A DNA stretch of 64,000 bases from Xanthobacteraceae bacterium. Lineage in GTDB: Bacteria; Pseudomonadota; Alphaproteobacteria; Rhizobiales; Xanthobacteraceae. Position numbers and translations under genes: made by a program. The notes beneath the pieces were generated by a model that worked only from the letters and a program-made list of their open reading frames with translations, did no database searches and was not told the DNA's origin. The stretch is from positions 188,470 through 252,469 of the forward strand of contig DATJHH010000009.1 of assembly GCA_035494115.1 (NCBI GenBank). Direction: 5' to 3'. Within the stretch, counting starts at the first letter, position 1, and every line of letters begins with the position of its first letter. Shown in pieces: positions 56,901 through 64,000 of this stretch.

Positions 56901-58406
56901 ATGTCGCACACAATGAATAAGCCAATCGACGCTGCCGCTGTTGCAGATCATCCGTCAAACCAGATGTCGCTTGATGAGGCCATGGGCGATCTACGCGTCT
57001 TTATCAAGCGCGCGGAGGCGGAGGGCGAGCTTTGCCGAATTAGGCAAGCTGACCCGAATCTTGAAATCGGCACTCTTTATGAACTGAGTCAGGAGGGAAA
57101 ATATCCACCAGCGCTGCTGTTTGAAGCAATGAAGGGATGCGATCCGGCGTTTCGTATCCTGTGCAATATCCGCAATGCGCATTTCGTCGTCGGCGATCTC
57201 ACGCTCGACACATTGAAGGCATATCGCGACCGCCCCAAGGAGAAGAAGCAGCCGATCCCGGCGCGCGAGGTTGAGAGCGGCCCGTTGTTCGAAAACATCG
57301 CACGCGGCGACGCTGTCGATATTCTGAAGTTTCCCCGTCCGCGCTGGCACGCGGGCGATGGCGGTGATTACATCGGGACGGAATGCTTGGTCATCATCAA
57401 GGATCCGGACAGCGATTGGGTGAACATCGGCACCTATCGGGTCATGGTGCATGACGCGCGCACGCTCGGAATTTTTATCGAACCGGGTAAGCAGGGGGAT
57501 GTCCTGCGCCGGAAATATTGGGAGCGCGGGCTACCATGCCCCATGGCGGTTTCGGTCGGCCAAGCGCCGATCCTCGGTGCCGTGGCGGCCACGTCGGTCC
57601 GCGCCGGTGAATCGGAATATGCCGCGGCGGGCGCGCGGATCGGCCGCCCCATTGATGTCGTGAAAGGCAAGGTGACCGGTTTGCCGCTGCCAGCGGACGC
57701 CGAACTTGTCTTCGAAGGCTACATGCCGCCGCCGGACGTCGAGAGCCGCGCGGAGGGGCCGTTTGGGGAGTGGCCAGGCTACTACGCCTCGGACGGTCCG
57801 CAGCCGGTCTTGCGAGTCGAGGCAACGTATAATCGTCACGACGCGATCGTCATCGGTCAGCCGCCGACCAAGCCGAACTATCCGGGACGACAGGTGAAGC
57901 TGGCAAGCCTCGCCGCCATGTGGGACGCGCTCGAAGCAGCCGGCGTGCCGGAAGTACGCGGCGTCTGGAATCTGCAGGGCGGCGGCTACCGTTTCATTCA
58001 GGTCGTCTCGATCAAGCAGCTTCATCCGGGGCATGCCAAGATGGCCGGTCTGGTCGCGGCCGGATGGGGCGGATCCTATATGACGCGCATGATCGTCGTC
58101 GTCGATGAAGACGTCGACATCACGAATCCGGCAGAAGTGATGTGGGCGATGGCCACTCGCTGGGACCCAAAGACCCAGACAGACATCATCGACGATTGCT
58201 GGACGGGTTATATCGACCCGCGTCTCTCACCGGAAAAGCGTGAGAATGGCGACGTGACGATGAGCCGGATTGTCATCTACGCAGTTCGTCCGTTCCACTG
58301 GAAAGCCGATTTTCCGAGGGTCATTGCCATCGAAGCGGATTATGCCGAAAGCGTGCGTCAGAAATGGGTGGACCAACTGCCTTTCCTGCGTTCCGGAAGA
58401 TGCTAG
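56901..58406 (+). CDS. UbiD-family (prFMN-dependent) decarboxylase
   Basis: ATG at 56901, or 56913. ~500 aa. IGTYR, EGPFGEWPGYYAS and RMIVVVDEDVD signatures. Confidence 0.85.
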   Translation: MSHTMNKPIDAAAVADHPSNQMSLDEAMGDLRVFIKRAEAEGELCRIRQADPNLEIGTLYELSQEGKYPPALLFEAMKGCDPAFRILCNIRNAHFVVGDLTLDTLKAYRDRPKEKKQPIPAREVESGPLFENIARGDAVDILKFPRPRWHAGDGGDYIGTECLVIIKDPDSDWVNIGTYRVMVHDARTLGIFIEPGKQGDVLRRKYWERGLPCPMAVSVGQAPILGAVAATSVRAGESEYAAAGARIGRPIDVVKGKVTGLPLPADAELVFEGYMPPPDVESRAEGPFGEWPGYYASDGPQPVLRVEATYNRHDAIVIGQPPTKPNYPGRQVKLASLAAMWDALEAAGVPEVRGVWNLQGGGYRFIQVVSIKQLHPGHAKMAGLVAAGWGGSYMTRMIVVVDEDVDITNPAEVMWAMATRWDPKTQTDIIDDCWTGYIDPRLSPEKRENGDVTMSRIVIYAVRPFHWKADFPRVIAIEADYAESVRQKWVDQLPFLRSGRC

Positions 58407-58452
58407 CCGGATAAACGCCGTAAGACAGGATCGAAAATACCGGGGAGAGGAT

Positions 58453-59352
58453 ATGGCAAAGCGCAGCGGACCGTTTCAGCAATGGGTGCGGGATACGCGG
58501 ATGCCCGAACCGCCGCCGCCGCCGAAGAGCTGCGATTGTCAGTTTCATATTTATGAGGATCCGAACAAATATCCGCTCGGACCTGCGGCGACCTATGACG
58601 CCATTGATGCGACGTTTTCCGACGCGGTGAAGATGCATCAGGCGCTCGGTTTCGAGCGCGGCGTTATCGTCCATTCCTCACTCTACGGATCGGATCATCG
58701 ACTGCTGCTCGACACCCTTGAGAACCTGCCACCGGATTTGCGCAAACGCTATAAGGCGACATCGATAATCGACGACAGCGTCAGTGACGCGGAACTCGAT
58801 CGACTCGATAAAGCGGGCGTCTGCGCCGCCCGTTTAAATATCGCAAAGATGTTCGGTGTCACCCCCACGAAAAGTGCCGCGATGCGCACGATCGATCGCG
58901 TGCGCGAATTGGGTTGGCATGTTCGCCTCCACGTGCGCGGCAACGATCTTCTCGAGTTTTCCGAGGTTCTGGAGTCGGTCGAGAATATCGACCTGCTCAT
59001 TGACCATCTGGGTCATGTCGATGTCGCGAAGGGCCTCGACCAGCCGGTGTGCCGCTGGATTTTGAACATATTGAAGCGGGAAAACTGGTGGATGATGGCT
59101 TCGAACGGCAACCGCGATTCAGCCATGGAGGAAGGATGGGACGATGCCGTTCCCATCGGCCGGGCCTTCATCGAAGCCGCGCCGGACCGCACGGTATGGG
59201 CCACGGACTGGCCGCATCCGATGTGGATGAAGCGGATGATGAACGACGCCGAAGAAGTCGAGCTGCTTTATCGTTACGTCGATTACGATGAAACCTTGAT
59301 CCGGAAGATACTGGTCGACAATCCGGCGCGGCTTCACAAATTCGAGGATTGA
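58453..59352 (+). CDS. Amidohydrolase-2 family protein (LigI lactonase / ACMSD-type decarboxylase fold)
   Basis: ATG at 58453 follows GGGGAGAGG. CDCQFHIY, IDHLGH and ATDWPHP metal-ligand contexts. Confidence 0.8.
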   Translation: MAKRSGPFQQWVRDTRMPEPPPPPKSCDCQFHIYEDPNKYPLGPAATYDAIDATFSDAVKMHQALGFERGVIVHSSLYGSDHRLLLDTLENLPPDLRKRYKATSIIDDSVSDAELDRLDKAGVCAARLNIAKMFGVTPTKSAAMRTIDRVRELGWHVRLHVRGNDLLEFSEVLESVENIDLLIDHLGHVDVAKGLDQPVCRWILNILKRENWWMMASNGNRDSAMEEGWDDAVPIGRAFIEAAPDRTVWATDWPHPMWMKRMMNDAEEVELLYRYVDYDETLIRKILVDNPARLHKFED

Positions 59353-59398
59353 CCGTTGGTTCGTCCGATTCCCCGATATCTTATGGAGGAGCCACACC

Positions 59399-60241
59399 AT
59401 GCATGTTGACCGGAATGATTTTATCGTCAACGTTGGCGGCGAAGACGCTGTGGCGAAGATGGATCACGAAGCGCGGGCCGATGCGCTGGAGAATTACTTG
59501 TCGGACAAGCTCGACGAAGCCGTGACGCAAAAGGCAAAAAAATATCCGACTGTGGCCGAGCTTGAAGCAAAGATTGATACGCGCGGTTATCGGCGCGGCG
59601 TGGGTAACCTTTTTCTTCATGCCCGCAGCAATAAGCGTCCGGATGAAGACACGACCGGCCTCACGGTGAAACGCCTTTTAAAAATGCCGGCGGAGCCAAC
59701 TCTGGCGGACTTCTTCAATTATCGTTTTGCTCCTGCCGCTCATCTCCTGCAAAGTGCACGGCTGGCGCGGAAGCAGGGCGCGTCGGAGGAAGTCGTGCTC
59801 GCCTGCCTGCTTCACGACGCGGGCGTTTCGCTGATGCGAACGGAACACGGCTATTGGGGTGCGCAACTGATCGAGCCCTATGTGTCGGAGCGAGCGGCCT
59901 TTGCCGTGCGCTACCACCAGGCTCTGCGCTTCTTTCCCGACCCATCCGTAAACTACGAATATCCGCAGAACTATTTGCAGACATTTGGAACCGATTACGT
60001 GCCGTCACCGCACATCCAGGCGGCCTACGAATATGCGCGCAATCACAAATGGTACATGGATGCGCGGCTGGTTACCCTAAACGATTATTATGCGTTTGAT
60101 CCGACGGTCGAAGTGTCAATCGACGAATTCGAAGACATTATAGGCCGCCATTTCAAGCAGCCGAAGGAAGGTCTTGGTGTCGATCATTCGCCAGTCAGCC
60201 ACATGTGGCGAACAATGATCAATCCTGATGCGCCTCTATAA
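59399..60241 (+). CDS. HD-domain protein, uncharacterised family (paralogue of 8585..9427)
   Basis: 280 aa with the same H115 / H139-D140 / H150 / H173 / D229 pattern. ~73% identical to the 8585 copy over residues 89-280 (manual count). Confidence 0.6.
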   Translation: MHVDRNDFIVNVGGEDAVAKMDHEARADALENYLSDKLDEAVTQKAKKYPTVAELEAKIDTRGYRRGVGNLFLHARSNKRPDEDTTGLTVKRLLKMPAEPTLADFFNYRFAPAAHLLQSARLARKQGASEEVVLACLLHDAGVSLMRTEHGYWGAQLIEPYVSERAAFAVRYHQALRFFPDPSVNYEYPQNYLQTFGTDYVPSPHIQAAYEYARNHKWYMDARLVTLNDYYAFDPTVEVSIDEFEDIIGRHFKQPKEGLGVDHSPVSHMWRTMINPDAPL

Positions 60242-61208
60242 AATTTGTTTGCGCGCGGGCCCGGCGAGTCGGCAAGACAAAGCTTTTAGGACCAGGGGCG
60301 AGAAGCTAGGACGCAACCGACCGCGGTGCTGACCCCGAGTGCCTCTGCCTTTTTGGCACTGGCGGAACGTCATGCGAGAAGCCATGCCTCCGCGCTGCAC
60401 TTGTCGATAAGCAGACTGACTGTAAAGATCCGCAGTGGGACTACCGCAACTGGCCGACATGGGCACTCCCCTCTAGCCGGTGGAAGGAGTCTCAGCACCT
60501 AGTCAGGGGCGTGATGCTGCCTTCATTCGCGGCGTCCGTAAGTGATTCTACCAACCGGTACAGGTCATTTCGCAAAATTAGAGTCCGTTTCCCGAATTTA
60601 GGCCTTAAGCCGCCGTTCCGGTTTTGCCGGTCTGCTTTCGCGCTCTTCGAGGTTTAATCCTGCGGACGACCGCAGTCCCGGTACAAAATCTGCCCCAAGA
60701 GCACATGCGATTTGGTGCCAACGCGCGTCAGTGATTTGGGGTCGATGCTTGTAGGAAGGCCATCCTATCTGCCTTTGCAGATTTATAACTTGTTTGAATC
60801 GAGCAGAAAATGCGCGGCATGGGCGGACGGGGTAATTATGTCCCGCCGCAAATCCGTACCTGCACGGTTGTTGCGACCACGTTGCGATAGGATGGAAGCG
60901 TCCGAGCAAGGAATTTGGAAGAGGTTGATAGTTCGAGAGTAATCGAGGCAGATGACGAGGCGGGTCGAGCCCTTGAACCGCGTTCTCTGTCTGGGATGAT
61001 AGGATGTGCACGGCGAGGTGATCTTCCCTATGACCACGTGAAATACCCCGTTGGCTCTGGGCGGGTGCGAACTTTGCAGAATCGCGTGCGAGCCAACGGA
61101 TGTCGGCCGGTCATAAGCCATCCACCTGACTTGCCCCGAGTCGCATTCAGGTCGCCTCAGTGACGGGCTAATGAGTCGGCCCAAACCTTCGACCGGCTAG
61201 AGGATGTA

Positions 61209-62430
61209 CTAGCCTTTGAACCGTCCCTGCCTTTGATGCGAAAGAAGGATTAGTTTTCTTTGCACTCAGACAGCGTCTGCGCCCAAGAGGCAGTCGTGGC
61301 GGGCCATGAAATCCGGCGGGCGCACCAGGACGTGAGCCTGCGTTTCGCTTCAGACAAGGATTGCAGTTCAGGCATGGATGTCTTGCCGCAGCCTCAGCGG
61401 GGATGACCTTCTCTTTCCCAGTACACATACGTGTCAGCATGAGATGTCGAACGGCCTTTCCGTGCAAGCAGCATTCCCGCCAGAGAGACAAATGACCGAG
61501 GAGACAATTCCAATGAAAGCAATTGTGGTAACGGATCAGGGTGCGGGGACGGCTGGGATGAAGCTGGTGGAGCGGCCCGAGCCGCAGGCAGCGATAAACG
61601 ACGTCGTCGTTCAGGTTCATGCGTCAGGATTTGTCCCGACTGAGCTGGAGTGGCCTTATACCTGGGCCGACCGCCGTGATCGTGACCGGACACCATCGAT
61701 CCCTGGGCACGAACTGGCCGGAGTGGTCACCGTTCTAGGTTATGGCACGACGGGGCTGTCGGTGGGACAGCGGGTGTTCGGCCTCGCGGACTGGCATCGC
61801 GACGGCACGCTCGCAGAGTGTGTAGCCATGGAGGCGCGCAACCTTGCGCCACTGCCCGGCGACGTCGACTTCACGGTGGGCGCGAGCCTTCCAATCTCGG
61901 GCCTGACCGCGTGGCAGGGACTCTTTCAGCACGGCCGCCTTCGGGCGGGCCAGAGCGTCCTCGCTCACGGCGCGGCTGGCGCGGTCGGTTCGATGGTGAC
62001 GCAACTCGCACGAGAGGCCGGTGCCTTTGTCATTGGCACCGGACGTGCCGCCGACCGTCAGAAGGCGCTCGCCTTCGGTGCAATTGAATTCGTCGATCTC
62101 GAGAACGACGCCTTGGAAGACATAGGTGGAGTCGATCTGGTGTTCGATGTCATCGGCGGCGACATTCAGAAGCGGTCCGCAGCCCTGATTCGAGCCGGAG
62201 GTACGCTGGTGACCGTCGTCGGCCCGCCCGAGTCGCGGCCTGCGGATGGCATGGCCGTTGACTTCGTTGTCGAGTCCGATCGTGCCCAACTGAGTGAGAT
62301 CGTCCAGCGGGTGCGGGACGGACGACTGCGGACCAACATCGGCAAAGTCTCGGCCCTCGACGATGCCATTGCCACCTTCAACGCGACCGAGCGCCGCGCG
62401 GGGAAAACGGTCATCCGCGTTCGGCTGTGA
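61209..62430 (+). repeat. Direct repeat copy B (upstream block plus oxidoreductase gene)
   Basis: See copy A. Same orientation, 16.9 kb downstream. Confidence 0.7.
61513..62430 (+). CDS. NADPH:quinone oxidoreductase-like medium-chain dehydrogenase/reductase (second copy)
   Basis: 305 aa, collinear with 44734..45651. 253/305 identical by manual count (~83%). Confidence 0.85.
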   Translation: MKAIVVTDQGAGTAGMKLVERPEPQAAINDVVVQVHASGFVPTELEWPYTWADRRDRDRTPSIPGHELAGVVTVLGYGTTGLSVGQRVFGLADWHRDGTLAECVAMEARNLAPLPGDVDFTVGASLPISGLTAWQGLFQHGRLRAGQSVLAHGAAGAVGSMVTQLAREAGAFVIGTGRAADRQKALAFGAIEFVDLENDALEDIGGVDLVFDVIGGDIQKRSAALIRAGGTLVTVVGPPESRPADGMAVDFVVESDRAQLSEIVQRVRDGRLRTNIGKVSALDDAIATFNATERRAGKTVIRVRL

Positions 62431-62968
62431 GAACTCAACGAGAACGAGGATATTCGCAACCCCCGCACTTGCAACGTATCTGCTTATCAGATTGGTCCCC
62501 GCGATCGTTGGATGATGCGCCTTATCAACGATCGCGCCGATGCGGTCATTTCCGACCGCCATGAGCGTCTTATCGTCTGCCAGAACGGCAGTTTCCCATG
62601 ATCAGACACCAAAATCGGACAGTCGGGTTTCGGCCCAAATGCGACATTGCGCGATCGACGCGGTGAGGACAGCATATGGCGCAGTGCGGGCCTTCACAAA
62701 GCTCGCTTTTGACCCGAACGCGAATCGCCCACTGCATCTCGAATGACCGTTTTGCGCCCCAACTCGGTCGTTCAGCTTGGGCGAGGGCTAGCCTGGAACC
62801 TGTCGTTCGTTCATCTTGCGTGCAGTAGCGTTGACGAGCTGATTTTGACCGTTTCGCGCGCCGGCACCATTGCGCTGTGAGTTCGGACTGGAGGTGGGTT
62901 GCGGACAGTCTGCTTCTAAGGCGCAACCTACATTTTTGAAGAAGGGTGCGCCTGAAAACCCTCCCTCA

Positions 62969-64000
62969 TTACCAGCCAGCAAAGCTCTCGGCCTTGCCAC
63001 GGGCAACGTCCTTTTCATAGGACTTGAGCAGAAGAGACGAGAGCTCTTCCACCTGCTTGGGGCTTTTCAAGTCCGCCTTGTAATCAAACGCTGGACCTTT
63101 TTCTTGGACCTCGTAGTTCAGATCGATAACCAGCGTACCTACGATGTCGGCGCACTTTCTTAGGAACTCCGTTTCCCGTTCTTGAGGGAGCGTGCTCGGA
63201 TCCCGCATAACATCCCGGGGCCCCTCAGAGCTACGAAGTATTTTCGAGAGTAACGAGGCGAGGAAATACTTCGTGAGCGCGTAATGGGCCAATGACCTAA
63301 CTTCAATGCCGTCCAGTTTCTTCTCAATTAGCCACATGATTCGCATAATGAAGATGACCCTGGCCGCGTCCACTTCTTTGCGACCAAAAATATCGGCGTA
63401 TTTGTCGTCGAACACCTTGTAGATCTGGTGGCATGACCACGGTTCAAGAAGGTCAATCGCCAACATAGCCCGTCCAGCCGCCTCATTGCTGATGGTTATC
63501 CGATTTGCCGGGGGCACCTCACCGCGCTTGATCTCGAAGAAGAACTCGTTTGATTTCTGATTCATCTCCGACTGCAGGCGAGTCATTACAGCGTGGTTCG
63601 AACGCAAGTCCCTAGGTTTGATAGCGTTTTGGTTATTGCTGTATTCGGTGATCTTCCTCGCCAAAGCGTCATTTTGCAGCGCGATGACCCTTACAAGCAC
63701 CCGCAAATCGTCGGTGAGTTTAGCCTTGGTATTGAAAAATGTTGTGATGCTCTGCGCGCCATTCACCACTGAGTAATTGTCAATCTTAAGAACGTCACCT
63801 TGCATTTCGGCCGTTTCGCAAAGGATGATCACGCCGTTATGGAAGAGTGGGAAATTTCGGTGCTCGGCTTTAGTCTCGATCGACCCTCTTATGGATTTGT
63901 TTACCGGAGTGTTGCCAAGGTCGTACCGGACGTTCTTGGTAAACAGGCTAGTGTCCGCGATTCCTCCAAGAGCCACGAGTTCACGCGCCCGAGCCGGGAA
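62969..64000 (-). CDS. AIPR (abortive infection phage resistance) family protein, C-terminal part (N-terminus outside window)
   Basis: The frame stays open to the window edge. NYSVVNGAQSITT matches the AIPR core (..VNG.QT..), followed by a long helical C-terminal region. Confidence 0.7.
   Translation of the reverse strand, partial: FPARARELVALGGIADTSLFTKNVRYDLGNTPVNKSIRGSIETKAEHRNFPLFHNGVIILCETAEMQGDVLKIDNYSVVNGAQSITTFFNTKAKLTDDLRVLVRVIALQNDALARKITEYSNNQNAIKPRDLRSNHAVMTRLQSEMNQKSNEFFFEIKRGEVPPANRITISNEAAGRAMLAIDLLEPWSCHQIYKVFDDKYADIFGRKEVDAARVIFIMRIMWLIEKKLDGIEVRSLAHYALTKYFLASLLSKILRSSEGPRDVMRDPSTLPQERETEFLRKCADIVGTLVIDLNYEVQEKGPAFDYKADLKSPKQVEELSSLLLKSYEKDVARGKAESFAGW

Larger units (their letters stand above)
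39587..64000. mobile_element. Integrase-headed genomic island / accessory region (right end not reached in the window)
   Basis: Begins where GT2 homology breaks off. Contains a P4-type integrase, an AlpA-like excisionase, low-GC hypotheticals, decayed genes, duplicated modules and an AIPR gene. By eye its GC is lower than in the 5-39 kb region. Confidence 0.5.

Noticed and set aside
60598-61184. Two overlapping minus-strand ORFs of 137 and 133 aa
   Set aside because: Their composition is not protein-like, they overlap each other in different frames, and there is no RBS or motif. Treated as non-coding (see finding).
1-64000. CRISPR arrays, rRNA genes, intact IS elements or transposases
   Set aside because: No regularly spaced short direct repeats, no rRNA-like sequence and no transposase-like ORF were seen on either strand.

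Overview
High-GC alphaproteobacterial chromosome segment, Hyphomicrobiales/Rhizobiales-like (GcrA, BtaAB, a SAM-II-like metZ leader, many Bug/TctC binding proteins). Bases 1 to ~39.6 kb look like core genome. They hold a type III PKS plus ICMT methyltransferase pair, tRNA-Arg followed by a lower-GC FTR1-type iron-uptake module, and a TctC-linked catabolic operon ending in an HD-domain protein. They also hold btaAB (betaine lipid), a 1635-aa multi-PAS hybrid kinase, gcrA, ATGA-coupled argD-argF-hslO, apaG, OpgC plus two SGNH proteins, metZ, a dCTP-deaminase-like gene, mscL, tRNA-Gly and SCO1. From ~39.59 kb to the window end lies a lower-GC accessory region that opens with a P4-type tyrosine integrase abutting a 5'-truncated GT2 gene. 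It carries integrase/excisionase/hypothetical genes and two diverged direct copies of an oxidoreductase module ~17 kb apart. Between those copies are a PMI / GT4-fusion / GH130 mannoside operon, cspA, decayed genes, and a LysR-TctC-UbiD-amidohydrolase-HD cassette. The island region ends with a partial AIPR abortive-infection gene. The most interesting signal is a pair of near-collinear 280-aa HD-domain paralogues that close two different TctC-linked operons and show a six-ligand H..HD..H..H..D pattern like diiron HD oxygenases. No CRISPR array, rRNA or intact IS element was seen. All calls come from reading the ORF translations and the DNA by eye; no searches were run.
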